From Trichoplax sp. H2 (Eukaryota), in contig NOWV01000108.1 of NCBI GenBank assembly GCA_003344405.1, positions 62,001 through 126,000 on the forward strand: a DNA stretch of 64,000 nucleotides, given 5' to 3'. The position numbers were made by a program, and so were the translations under genes. Under the pieces are notes generated by a model. The model ran no database searches. It was not told the DNA's origin and saw only the letters and a program-made list of their open reading frames with translations. Positions within the stretch are counted from its first letter, which is position 1, and every line of letters starts with the position of its first letter. Below are positions 37,511-51,689 of this stretch, piece by piece.

Positions 37511-39957
37511 TTATACATCCATAGATATCGCCGCTTCAAATGTAGAAAGGTCAATAGCGAATTGTTTCAACATATCATTCTCCAAGTAGTGCGTTTTACC
37601 AGCAATAATTAACGAATGAAGAGGACCACCTAAGTCGTATGAAAGCATCTCTTTCATAGTTCCAACTGCAATTTTTTGAGTTGCAGTACCAATTCGAGCT
37701 AATCCGACACATAATGTGTTTTCGTCATAAGCTAAAAAAAAAGTGCATTGGTTTTCGGATAAATAATTACGACCTATGATAAAACTAATTTTTCCCTGAT
37801 AATAATAATTCTTATTACCGACACTACTTTCGCCAAGACTTTGCTTATTCTTAACAATTTGTAACAGCTGATCAACAGCTACATTGACTGACATATAACG
37901 TGGAGGCTCAAATATCTTTCGACCCCTATCATTATCGTGATAGCAGATACTCTTATTATGAAGACATGTATCCATTATCGGTAATACAAGTATCATACAA
38001 AGCAAAAATTGATTACCTCATTAAATTTTCAACAGATTGTTCTTTGACTTTTATATCTAATAAAATGGAAAAGTAGTACTCCTATTATCAACAGTATTAC
38101 GTTGATAGTCTAACAGTAAACGTACTGCTTATATTAAATCGAGATGTTTGCTTACAGGTAAATACGAGTAGTGATAAAGTTACCACCTTACCTAGCAAGC
38201 ACAGAGTATGAAGATTTCGTTGACGATTTTCCAGAATTTTTGTGTAGAAACTATCTGGGCGCCAGTCATCATTCCAGAAAACAATGGAAACTGTTTCGCC
38301 GAATGTATATAGCTATAAATTTCAGCAAAATAATTCGATTTATATGAAGTCAACTTATTATTGCAGTACTACACATAATAGCTCTCCGCTATTACGATGC
38401 TTCAATAAATGGTAATTTTAAGTACCTGCAGTCCACAGCAGCCTACTGCATTCATAATTGATGCATTGTGGATTACATTGTAATCAATTCCAGCTTCAAT
38501 AGCTCTTAACACTAAATCGGAATGGGTAGTAGCTCTATCATATTTCACAACGTTCAAAGAGAGGTCAGAAAGATAATTTGTTACTAACATAAGCTATCGG
38601 ATCAAGTCGAATAGGCGCTTCAACGAGAGATACGTATTGCTGGCAATTTGATAGGCAGAGTACTAAACTTAGACTAAGGCTATTTGTATCTGATATTTTT
38701 ATATCTCGGACTTGATGCTAACTATCTTACTGTTATCTAAACTATTCATGATTATAAACCTAATTACTACATAATATATTGTATTTATTTAATCCTTTTA
38801 AATTACCGAGTGCTAAGTTATACTCACCCAAAAGGATCTCCAACAACTAGAAAGGCAATATCTTCCTTGTCTGCATCTGCCATAATTGTATCTAATTTTT
38901 TTAAAAATATTGCATTATTGTACGATGTATCATGTATAAGATTGTAATAAGATAATCAATGAAAGTGAGTAATAGCAGCTTTGCATCTCAATTATATAAT
39001 AATTATTTGACAAATATTTCAATATGATACGATGCGTAAAGTATAGGATTAATTATACAGTAGTTTTAAGATGATTTTACAAATGTAAGTAATAGTAATT
39101 GTACTACATCAAGTCTTATTTTTGCATTTTCAATTATTCAACCAATATTTCACTATTATGGTGCGCATAGAGTAAGTATAGTATAATTGGGATAATTTAC
39201 AAAATTGGATCATACTATATACGTACATTATTTAGTATTTTTAATTATTCAATAAACATTCCATTATTACAGTATGCATAGAGTACAGCATTATAGTTTG
39301 GATAGTTTACAAAATTAGATTATACTATACAGTACACGTACAGTATTTGACATTTTTAATTATTCTGCAGGATTTCACTATGATGGTACACATAGAGTAG
39401 AGTATTCTACGTAGTTCGGATGATTAACAGAACTAGATCATAGTAAGCATGTACAGTATTTGGCATTTTGGCTTATTCAACCAATATTGCATTACTACGG
39501 GATGCATAGACTAGAGTATTCTAGTTAGGATGATTTACAAAAGTGGATCAACGCTAGCATGTCCAATAGTTGGAGATACCATCATGCAGTTAGCATACCA
39601 GAATCTTGTTCCACCATATCTCGATCAGCTAAGATCACTTCTCTGCCATAGAATTCCTCCTATCAATATTCAAATCCAACATTACCATTAAACAATGATA
39701 TTAAACTGTATTTCGACTTTTACAGTGATAGAAATAGCTCAAAATACAGCGGTAAAAATGCTGCAGGTCAGGATCGCTGTAGCAAGTAGGTCAATCAATC
39801 AATGTAGGTCGATAGTACTTACTAACTGTTGCTTATCCACACTTAATATGGACGTATATGCCTCAAGATAGACTCTTTTAGCTCCTTTAGCTATTCTTAA
39901 GCCCTTGACGGTAATATCGTCAACATCACCTAATCCTAAACCAATTAAATAAAACAT
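37511..39957 (-). CDS. DPH5: Diphthine methyl ester synthase (8 exons: 39957-39823, 39659-39599, ~38892-38828, 38534-38426, 38312-38192, ~38056-38017, 37925-37819, 37731-37511)
   Basis: [118 protein letters not shown]. Confidence 0.96.
39110..39560. repeat. Degenerate tandem array, ~112-bp unit, 4 copies, in DPH5 intron 2
   Basis: (g/a)cataga(g/c)ta..ggat(a/g)atttacaaaa recurs at ~39166, 39277, 39390 and 39504. Confidence 0.82.
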
Positions 39958-40062
39958 GATTCCTCCAGCATATAATCAGTCGATGCAAATGTTGTTGCTT
40001 CTACTATCCCAGCAGTTTCCTAGATACAGCTTCGCTTGCAAGAGCTGCTTAGAGTGAAATTC

Positions 40063-40113
40063 CTACAGTACTTTTGACGTTTGTGTGCAATTCACTCGTT
40101 AAAAGTACTGTAG
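40063..40113. other. 17-bp inverted repeat (one G-T mismatch) with a 17-nt loop, just upstream of DPH5
   Basis: ctacagtacttttgacg ... cgttaaaagtactgtag. Confidence 0.8.
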
Positions 40114-40439
40114 TGCCGTGTTTAGGAAGGAGGGACTTGGACGGAATATTCCCGGACATGCAAATCGTCTCCAGATGAATTATTATGTTGTATAATTTAG
40201 CTTTGAATTTCTTATAAATTAATTCATTTAGTCATTATGGTTTTATGCAGACAGAGACTACTCCATCTGCCATTTTCCCCCTGTGCTGATCGATTATTTT
40301 GCTGATCAATCTATTCTACAGTAGACTGCTAAAAGCATACTGGAAGAGTTTGCACTTGATCTTCGAGTATGCTGCTCACTTGATCATTTTCTTACTGGTC
40401 ATTTTAACTATACTGTATGACTACAATCGCACACTATAC

Positions 40440-40664
40440 TAATCATAGTATCCAATGGACAAAATTAACCTAGCTGGTCCTATGGAGGACAAGTGTAGAA
40501 AGGATAGTATACTGTTATGGACATACGGAATACTTGAAATGATCAACTAATCATAATCTAATCATAGTATCCAATGGACAAAATTAAACTAGCTGGTCCT
40601 ATGGAGGACAAGTGTAGAAAGGATAGTATACCGTTATAGACATACGGTATACTTGAAATGATCA
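40440..40664. repeat. Recent direct duplication, 119-bp period
   Basis: taatcatagtatccaatggacaaaattaa...tacttgaaatgatca occurs twice, nearly identical. Confidence 0.93.
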
Positions 40665-42357
40665 GCCTCATGGCGGCCTTCATCTATGTCGATTCTGAAC
40701 GACCATTTCTCTTGCCTCTCTTTCCTTTTAACCAATTAGTGCGAGCCCTTTTTTTCTATTTATTATATAGCTTTTAATAGAGAGAAGAATGGAAAAGAAT
40801 AGTGACTGTATCCAAGAGAAAATAACCAATGACGCATTAAATATAGAAAAGCAAACAATGCTTGAAGAATGCTAATGGTGCCACCCTATTAACTATTCCA
40901 TAGATTTGCATACTAGAAGGCTAAAATACTTCCTACATTAATAGCTTTACATACATAAACAAGTGCTACAAAACATACGTAAGCTATCCTACAGTCACAG
41001 GATCAAGCAAAGTAGATCATGTCAATATTAATAAGAAGAAGAGGCAAGATGGGACAAAAACAATCTACTATACTGTACAGTATATATATATATATACAAT
41101 GTATAAGCGACTATATATATACTGTACATCAATGAATAAGATACACTAAATATTACTATAGCGACCCTATCCAATCGCTAAGGGGAAAACGGGAGAGTGC
41201 ATCTTGGTCTTTAAACTTTAAAGCTTTTGTATCAACAAGAATCTTAATCATAGTTGTACAAATGGATATATCGAGCCCATAGAGGAAGGGATAAACTGCA
41301 TATCACTCATCCTTTGAATAGACGTCCATGTCGCCAAATTTGTCATCAAACTAACCAAATTCAAGGTATCGATTCACTACAGGCAGATCTAATAAATAAA
41401 TATAATCATAATAGACTAGAGCGAATATAAATCATCAGAAACAAAAATGGATTTTCTTGAATACATAAGCCATGCAATGACTATTTCAGATTTGAAAGTT
41501 AGAGTGAGCGATCGATCGATTAAAGTAGCTTTCAACCCATGACATACCGATATTGCTCTCTAGTAACTATAATTCACTTTTTATTCGATTTTAGACGCGT
41601 ATAGAGCAATGTGTATAATCTAGAGACTACGTTATAAGGCAAAGTGTCAGGTAGGCAGTACCGTGAGAAAATAATAAATCATGCTTAAATAGTATATACT
41701 GCCGTCCTTAATAGAATGCTCAAATGCGATAATATAATTAATTAATACGTGATGCAACATTGTCTCCACGCACACTTACAGTATATTGAGTAGAAGATTT
41801 ATACCAATTGCTGATAATAGTATTAAAGCTTACAGTCGTAATTTTTATTTTTACACCCCATCGACGTAGTAAATCGAAACACCCAACAGAGTCATAATTA
41901 GTTAATTGATTAATTATGCAATAATAATTCAGTACAACTAGATCTCATCAATTCTGAAGCGGATGCAATGTTTAATTGTTTTTTTCCCACTATTTAATTA
42001 AGTACATACGGCTTTATAAAGGCTACTCTATATAGCTTAATGATTGAAATTATATACTATTACTATGGACTATTTTACCCTATAAAAATGGCGAAACCTC
42101 GTATACGTGCTAAATTGTTAGAGCATCAGATTACGGAAATACTGCAGATCAAACATCTGCAGAGATTAATTATAGAATAGATATCAGTCTGACGTGTAGA
42201 TGCTCATTGCATGATTCATCACAAATTTAGGATAGTGTATGTTTAGCGATTATTTTTATAGCCTTGATAATTTTAAACTCTTGGATATATATATCGTCAA
42301 AATAGTCCATTTATCATTTGTCTCTTATAGTATGATTAATCCTGGATAGCGAGTTAT

Positions 42358-45300
42358 ATGCCTACAACTAACATGGAAATAGCGAATGAACTGCAAGAAT
42401 CTCAATATGCTTGCCAAGATTGTCAGATGTTATTTACCACAGCGAAAAAATTACAAATCCATAAAAATAAATTTTGTATTGGTAGTGATATTGGCGATCC
42501 TTTTCAATTAAAAAAAGGAGCTATAAGAAGTGGAAAGAAACAAGAACAACAACCATTAATAGAGGTAAATAACTACTAAAAGTAGGTTACCAATAACTAT
42601 GTAAAACAGTAGTATAAGTATGATAGTATTCTTTTTATATCGGATAGTTAGGTAAATAGTCAGTTTTATGACTAGACGATATCGCACTAGTATTTTGCAA
42701 CTTTGAGGAATGTATTAATTACTTGATATTTTTTGTTTGATAATGGATTATAACTATAAAAGCATGACGTGATTTCTAGGATAAAGTAGCTATTTACGTT
42801 TGTTATACATTGTATAGCCTATAGTTTGATAAACTATTTATTTTATTATACTGTAATAAACAGGATATCGTACTAATAATACTATTCAATAGAAATGTTT
42901 ACTACCACTTCTTATACAGATATGTTACAACTGATCTAAAATAATCTTAATAATGTCTGCATTTCTTTTTATTTCTAATACAACTAACACACCCAACCCA
43001 AAAACTAGAAGTTCTCGTAGTCGTAATTTACGAAAAACTTCTCAACTTTAACTTTCCTTTGTACGCCTCTATACATTTCTAAAAGAATAACTTGATTTTG
43101 GCATTCATTAATGCCTAAATATTTTAAAAATACTACGTAAGAATTTAAAATGCGAATAGCAAGGTTGGCATTCCTATTTTTCACCTATAATTCGAAAATG
43201 ACTTTCGATATCATTATTATTTCAACTTATCTAAGTCACGAGTTATATTGATTGTAAAGTACGAATGGCTATTTTTATTGAGCTATATGATCCACCGTAG
43301 AATTCTACTACGGTACTTTAAATTAAAGTAGGATAACAAATCTTAGACCTATTACGATTGGAATATCGTGCTGGTGCATTTATCTTTTAATAGCTAATGT
43401 ACATTGATGACTTAGTAACAGTGAGAGAAAGTCATTAAAAATATGAAATTTTTATATTGATGATAGACTTGTCATCTGCAGGTGCAAACTAGAATAATCC
43501 TGACTGTATCAGTTAAATATAAAATCTGACTATGGCTTAGCAGGACGTAAAATAATTAACTCTAATTGAAGCTAATTGTGTCTATAGCAGTCGCTATGAT
43601 ACGGTAAATAATAATTCCTATCTTAGAAGTTTACCAGGTTTTGCTTACAATAGCGCCTGCATACACTCTAAATAAAGCTACAGCATAGATCTTTTGGCTT
43701 AATAGTTGATATATAGCAGTACAGATATAATTCAGCATAAGTCCATATATTAGTACATACAATTGTTATATATTAATTGTTGATGTTTTGAATTATTTTA
43801 TTTACTTCGCTAGTTTTACATCGTAACTATTACGTTTATTGATATCGATCACTTTTCCATTTTGAAAATCTTTGTGGATATTATTCCATCTTGAAATAAA
43901 TTTTGTAATAAAATAGGAATATGTGTCCTTGTTAATAATAATATATTGAAGTGTAAATTAAATTATTTGCTAGCCGAGCAAAGTGCTAATAATAAATTAG
44001 ATATTTGTTTTAAAATGATACTGTAGAGGAAGTTTATCTACTCTTTGATATAATCTAAGATGATGGCAAAAATTTCTTAAATACTTTAAATTACTTGCTG
44101 CCTATATAATGTTCCTAATTGTTATCATTTTTATTTATGAATCAGCCCAACTATAGACCAATTGACTCACCTTCCAAGAACGGCTATCTCAGTCCTGATG
44201 CTATTGTGACTCCCAGAAACGGCAGAAGAAATGGCCATCCAAATCGAAAGAAAGCAGCTATTTCACCCGATTATGTATTACAGTCTCCTAAAACTAATAA
44301 TGTTAAAACGCCTATCCATGAAGATCAAGCAAGTGCACGCTTAAGAAGGCGAAAGGTAATACAGTAGTCGATACGAGTATGTACACAAGTATTTAAAAGA
44401 CTGCCATAAAATACATGTCACCTATCGACAGAGAAATATTGTATTGAGTTATTGTTTGATTTTATAGCTTATTAATGATTAAATATTCTAAACTTCCTAA
44501 ATAGAATCAGCAACGACAGCCTCGCAGTGAGACAAAACAAGATCCGCATGAAGCTAGCTTCGATTCTGATTCAGATCTCGATCCTAGTAAATGATAGCGT
44601 TAATTAATTTTAATGCCTTGTTTATGTTGTATTGATTCAGTGAAGATTACTGTTAAAAATACTCACCTTAATCTATGGCCTACAGATGAGGAGGAAATTT
44701 GGAAAGAGAGAAAATATCCTGTATCGCCTCCGCATCGGAAATTTGGAAGAGCCTATTCAACTGAAAGTATTGTCGAAAGGCATCTAAAAAAGATAGAGGT
44801 TCGTTATTCAAAATTTTGAATTTGAAATAAATTACGCCATTTCATATAGCAATGTTATAGCAACTACTTGAATTATGATTATTTGCGACTTAATTGTACA
44901 ACTATTTTAGGAGAAATTAGAATCCAAATTAGCGAGATTCACTCAAGAAATACAAGACTTAATGGAAAGAGATAGGTAAATTGAAAATAAAATTGTAAAT
45001 TCATGATTACTAAACATCTTTTACTATGTCATTTAGTTTGATAGTGATTTTACCGTAAAGTGATGAAAAGAAGCTTATTTTCAATATTGTAAAGAAACCT
45101 AATTTCCCACTATACAAAGTGGTTGAATAGCCTAACCTTTTACTCTTAAATAGAAATATAATTATTATAGCAAATACTATCATGTCGAAGTCACAGTTTG
45201 TTGAACTGAAAATCTGTCTTAAAAATTGTAGGCATATACCGTTAGTATTCATTGCTGATATTACGCACGCATATCTATAAGGATTTTACATAGATATTAA

Positions 45301-48141
45301 ATGTCAATCTATCGACGCTACTTTCCATGTAATCATGTTTAGACGTATTATAAATTAGATATTTAATTATACGCGTATTGCTAAATTTCAATCCCATTTA
45401 CGCAGCTATGATCAACGTCAATATAACTTTAATAATTTTATAATGTAAGAAATTCATTATTGTATAGGAAACTATCAACTTCGCTTTCCGATATTCCATA
45501 TGTTCCAAAGTATCATGGTGAAGCGGATGCACCTCCTCATTATCCACGCAGAGCTAATAGTTACAACGGTTTTAATCGGCTTCCTTTGAATAAGATTCCT
45601 CCAACATTACGCGAAAATGAACGTAATGCAATATATTCATGATTAATGGCTATGAAGCAAATTATGTACTACAATATGATGTAAATACTGATTATTTTTC
45701 TAATACATAGATCCAAATCATGGACATCGTAATCGCATTGATTCGGATCCTCATGAGCCATTTGTGAATCCTGAATATAATAAATTTTATCGAGATAATA
45801 ACATGAAGGAACGAAAGCAAGTATCTCCTCTAGCCAAAGTATATGAAGCTCAGGAACAATTACGAACACGTGTAATACAAAATGAAGAAATGATGCAGAG
45901 TCTAATAAAAAATGAGGTTGGCTATAGATTAATTTGTATAATTACTATCGCATTTAGGTATAATCAGATTGTTCTAACATCATATTCATTATTTATAACT
46001 AGCGGTATCCACGTCGTCAGCAAGATAATCGAAATGGAAACTATAACTATGATCATGACGGTAAGCCCTATTATCTTTGGTTATAGAAATAGACTTGTAC
46101 GAGAATGAAATCTAATTCTATTGATATGATATGATATCCATTTAATAATAGTATTGATAGAAGGATACATGCCATTCAACATCTTTCTACGTCTTGTAAA
46201 ACTCTTATTTTTTACCCATGACAGTAAATGAAGATTTAGAAATACGTACATTAAAGAAAAAACATTCCCGAAAATTGATAGAGTTGAAAATGGAAACGGA
46301 ATTAATTCAGCAGCAAGCACAGTTAAACAGAGCTAAAAAATTAATTTACGATAGTCAAGATGATGATAAAAAGCTCCCATTCCATCAGAATAATCAATTC
46401 ACCGAAGATTACCGTAATCATCATGGCCCAAGAGGACAAGTATAATGCTATGAAATGCTGAATTTCGTTAATTACTGTATTAGTTCATCTTGTCATTTGA
46501 ATAATATAAGCGTATCCGATACTGTTATTTTTACAAGATTTACTTACCACCTGTTTTACAGCTTGTTCATCATCCTTCGCAACTATCAATGGCCGCCGGA
46601 AATCAAATTCCTGCAGATCCGTATTTAGAGCCCGGTCCATATGATCCTAGGTACAATAATTCATACTATCATTCGAACATCGTAAAGTTTAAAATATTAA
46701 AAATATTTTAAGTAATATCTACTTGTGTTGTAAAATGTTCTTACCTTGACATGGTAAGGTGGAATTGAAGATTACTTTAGTCGATATTTATGAAGTATAT
46801 CTTTTTATTCATTGATGCTTATGCAGTGCCGGTCTAGCGATTGTTTGGGACTTTGTGACCAACTTACATCATGAAACTAGCAAATTAAGAGTTATTTCTG
46901 GAATTTACCAAGGCTACAATGCCGTTAGTGATATTACGACCTTTCCTATCGTTAATTGCCGTCATGCTGGACAAAATGCTGATAACTTGGCCACGTTAAC
47001 GGTGTTGATTAATAATTATCAAGTTATTAAGGAGTAAGTTGTAGAAATGATTCATTACTTAAACTATTTAGGATTATTGTTGCAGTCATTAATACAGCAT
47101 TATTGATGTTGAAGATATTCGAAAAGATTATCCTTCGTCTTTGTACGATACAGCTTAGATTAATGTTGAAGATTCTAAACTAGACTTTACTTTTGGTTCA
47201 TGAATATGATTGTTGAGTATTACATGATAGTCTGGTAGTAGGTGAGAATTAAGGTTTCACCATTATTATAACATAGCCTAGATCCGTCAACGAAATTGTC
47301 CTTACTAGTAGAAGTACAAAGCTCAAAATTATCAACGGATAACTCTTATGAAGCGCTAACTACTATTGGATGGAGTAAAGTAGATTTATTTGATCCTACA
47401 CATCGACTATTAGCCGGAAGGTACACGGCAGGATTATCTTTTACAATTGTATACGTTTTCTGTAGTATCAATGATTTATAGAGGCCAATCGTGGTAGAAT
47501 TTTTATCAATGATGAGAAATACAAGTTTTACTTCTCTAATTTTGGTAATGTTGTATTTTCTATCAATAAATATTAGATGGAAAGTGCCAATACGTGTGTC
47601 TCCAGTGCGGTTTGATGTATCTACTGCTGAATTAAATAGCATTAAGCAAGTAAGTTCTACTTTAAATTATATTACTGTATTTCGGGGCAAAATAGCCACT
47701 TTATTGTTTCCTATGATATGTGATCGATTTCTATCATTTATTAAGTCTATGTTTTAAATGAACGAATACAGGCGAGCAATCTAGAAATTTATTTTAGGAT
47801 AGCCAATGGCCGCGATCATTCGCGATTAGTGGCAGCATCGACTAATATTAATCAAGATCATCTCTATAAATACCCTACCCCCATGATGGTAAGTCAGATG
47901 ATGATATTGTCAGACTTTGCCTGTTGTTATAAGCGTTTAAAATCCTTCCCTCGTATCCTTATAAGATTTCTTTTTCTATTTGTAGCTAAAATACATTGGG
48001 TATGGATCCTCCGGTAGAGATGAACGCCATGACAAAGAATACAATAGTAGTAATCGAAGTCGTGAACCTTCTTTATTAAATAGTAGTCCGAATCAAACTA
48101 TAGAAAATTCGTCAGTAAAGATACCCACTAAATTATTATAA
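42358..48141 (+). CDS. CCDC17: Coiled-coil domain-containing protein 17-like (~15 exons; first 42358-42564, last 47986-48141)
   Basis: N-terminal C2HC finger-like motif CQDCQMLFTTAKKLQIHKNKFCIG, a coiled coil (HSRKLIELKMETELIQQQAQL), and C-terminal PGPYDPSAGLAIVWDFV...IGWSKVDLFDPTHRLLAGRWKVPIR. All resemble CCDC17 as I recall it. Phase-consistent exons were found at ~44146, 44505, 44686, 44911, 45468, 45711, 46003, 46225, 46562, 46827, 47277, 47577 and 47772. Confidence 0.8.
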
Positions 48142-48979
48142 ATCCTAGACTGTACATGGATAATTTCACTGTTGATGTATAATGAATTATATAATTGCTA
48201 ATAGCGAATTATGTCCACATTATAAAGTGAGTAGAACTCGAAATAGATTGTGTCTTTCAATTGTAATACTCTTCAATCTTGTACTCGTGTATACCATATT
48301 ATCTTTAATTATAGATAGTACAGTTTGTAGAGGATACAGTTATTGTAGTCTTATAGTAAAATTTCAAAGATTAACTTTAGGCATATCATTTTAAATGTTG
48401 CTATTTTCATTTTTTAATATACATATATGCTCAATTTGAAGTTTATATTCCTTTTTTTACCAATATACACGTAGCATTACGACACACAATCATGATTATA
48501 GCTGATTCTATAACTGATATCTACAAAGTATGCCTAGGAATCTACCGACTAAATCATTGTGTTAATGCATAGCTGTCAAAAATTGCACCATATAAATTTT
48601 ATTCAATTGCTGTAGCAAGAAGTAGGATTATCAGGTTATTTTGTAGGTCATTTCTATCTTTATCGAAATGAAAACTAGATCATGTTGAAGTATTTTTATT
48701 AATGCACTGTCGATTTGAATAAAAACAGGAATTTGTTGTATGACGAAAGGCATTGTATGATTATCATTTCGTCATTTTGAATAAGTTGACCATTACAATG
48801 TATTATTAATCCTTTGAATGGAGTAACTGCAAAGGAAAAAATTTTCTTAGTTTTAAACATTTTCAAAAAATAGCTGGAGCCGATAGGGATCACTCAGCAT
48901 CTAATTAATGATTTTTTGACATTATCAGACACAGGATAATTTGTGTAGAATTGTGTCAAGACATAGCGTACACTACGAG

Positions 48980-50490
48980 ATATCTTTCTGCATATTTTAA
49001 AAAGTTAACGCTTCTATGGATCAGCAAGTATGATTGATGAATTTACACCTCACAGTTGCTTTATGAATAGGCTATGATCGCCGAAACCTTGAACATTGAT
49101 ATTAGCATCCATTACTAAGGCATATTCGTCATATCGGAATTGACGTGTTAATCAACAATTACTACAATCTAGTAGAACGTAGTAATTATCGTAGTCGTTG
49201 AATTCAAATCAAGCATTTTCATCTTTCCTCATAGTCGTATTTTAAAAGTTGGAATTTGTATGGATTTATAAGTATTCAATAGATAAGTTTACATTGTCGT
49301 CTACGATAGGGGAAATATTGAACATTGTCATTAGTATTTACTACGAAGGCCTACTTGTCATGCAGGAATCATTGCGTTCATCTCTAGAATTTAGAAATCC
49401 TGGTAGTGGCTAAATTTAGGTCGAGAATTTTCTGTTTTCTGACTATTTTAAAGGTCGGAGATTATATGGACCAGTAAGTACTGTGTGTGATTGATAAATT
49501 TATCCCTTGTCGTCGCTTATGATAGCCGAAGCCTGAATACTGACAGTAGCATCCATTACTAATGCATCATAGAGGAATCGTGGCGTTAATGAAGGATTAC
49601 AATAGCATTCATCTAGTAGGACGTCATAATCTTAGTAGTCGTTAAAATTAAATCAGATAGGAATTTTCACTTTTCAGAATATGTAAGTATCCGATTGGTA
49701 AATTGATACCTCGCTGTCATCTATAATAGCCAAAATTTTAAACACTGACACTAGTATCCATTACTACAGCTTACTCATTATACTGCAATGATTGCCTTAG
49801 TCAAAGACTACTTCGAATTTAGTAATTATAGTAGTGGTTGAATTTAAATCAAGAATTTCCTTCTTTCTGAATGTTTTAAAAGTCGGAGCTCATGTGCATC
49901 AGCAAATACGTATCTAATTGATGAATTTACACCTTACTGTCGCCTATGATAGCCGAAACCTGAATACTGACGCTAGCATTTTCCAATACGGTAAACTCGT
50001 TAAGCAGGAATCATCCCGTTAATTATGGATTACTCGAATCTAGTACATAGTAGTAATCCTGGTAGTCGTTGAATTCAAGTCAGATAGGAATTACATCTTT
50101 TCACATACTTTAAAAGTTGAAATTTTTATGAATCTGTCAGGATCCAATTGATCAACTTACATTCTCACCGTCGAAGCTACAATGTTGACACTGGCATCCA
50201 CTGGTAGGACCTATTCCTTATACAAGAATCGTCGCGTTCATCAAGGATTACTGGAATTTAGTGATACTAGTAGTCATTGAATCAAGTCAGGAAATTTCTT
50301 CTTCCTGAATATTTTAAAAGTTGGAATTTTTGTGGATCTGTCAGAATTCAATTGAAAAAATTACATCTCACCGTCAAAATTTGAATAGTGATACTGGCAT
50401 TCACTAGTTAGCCCGACTCGTTATGCAGGAATCGTTGTGTTGATCAAGGACTACTGGAATTTAGTAATCCTAGTTGCGTTAATCAAGGAC
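48980..50490. repeat. Degenerate tandem array, ~205-245-bp unit, ~7 copies
   Basis: The blocks ttttaaaagt(t/c)gga, ctatgatagccgaaacc, agcatccattact, gcaggaatc and gtagtcgttgaatt recur in the same order. Confidence 0.85.
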
Positions 50491-51689
50491 TATTACTAAG
50501 TACGGTAGTTGTAGAATTAATATTAGCTAATGGAAGTCATTGTTGGCTTTATGTCTCAAGCGAATATGACCACACTCATAGTTAAGCAGACTAGTCCGTT
50601 ATCATGAGAATTGGAGAAGGCATGCCTGTCTATGTAGATTCCGATTGCAATTGAACCTTGTATTTTTTACCGCATAGATGGATGATTGATTTTATTTTTT
50701 AGCTAATTTAATGGTATGATAAAAGAAAACGAATATTCAACATGAGTTTGACTCTATTTTTATTGACAATTAGTCTTGTGCCCAGTCGGTGATATTTTGC
50801 TTCCTTTTAATATTCTCTATCATTCTTATTGAACTGTAAATTTCAATTTATCCTTATTGGGCGCTATTACTACCGTAGGCTAGTATATGAAGTTTGATGG
50901 ACAAAATCATTGTCGTCAACTGGCGGTAAAGGTACATATAGTCTCTGCTTTCAGCACAATGTGAGAGAAACTACTGCAAGTAAATGCTACAATAACTCCA
51001 ACATAGAATTGCCTCTATAAATTGTAATCTATCTGAATTGCCGGGTTAGTCCCGTTATTAAATACCATGTCTACGCGTATATCGATCACTTGGGGGTGTA
51101 CTGTTACATCATCGCTTATTAAGTTTGTGCGGTAAATAGCCAGCGTTTAATTACTAAACTAGACGTGATCTGTTTATTTCTTTTATCTGCAATGCAAAAA
51201 GCTATGGGCCACTAGAAAAATTAGACCTATTCTATTTCACTCAATTTTGCTTGAACGCAGTTGTCAACCATGTTTTTGATACGAGTGGCTATAGGGTACT
51301 ATTTTTCGACATTTCCGATCTACTTTGGTCAGAGACTAACAAGGCTCCTGTCCCACTCAAAATGGAGAAGAAAACCTTTCAATTTTTTTATTTAGGATGC
51401 GAGCGATTCAGCCGTAGCAGTATTGGATCGAAAAGTCAGTTTGTCTATCCGATCAGTGATCAGTACATTACTACATTATTATATGTTTTTATGGCGACCG
51501 CGATACGGCTATCATGACATAGACTTCTATAGATCTCCATTACTAATTCATATAACACCGGCAAAATCTTCTTCAATCCACATCATCGTACGATATTAAA
51601 CTACATATCATCCATGACATATTTTACCAGTAATATTTTCACTGAGAATGAAATGGACGAAAGGATTGGGACGTCGTATTTTCTACAGT

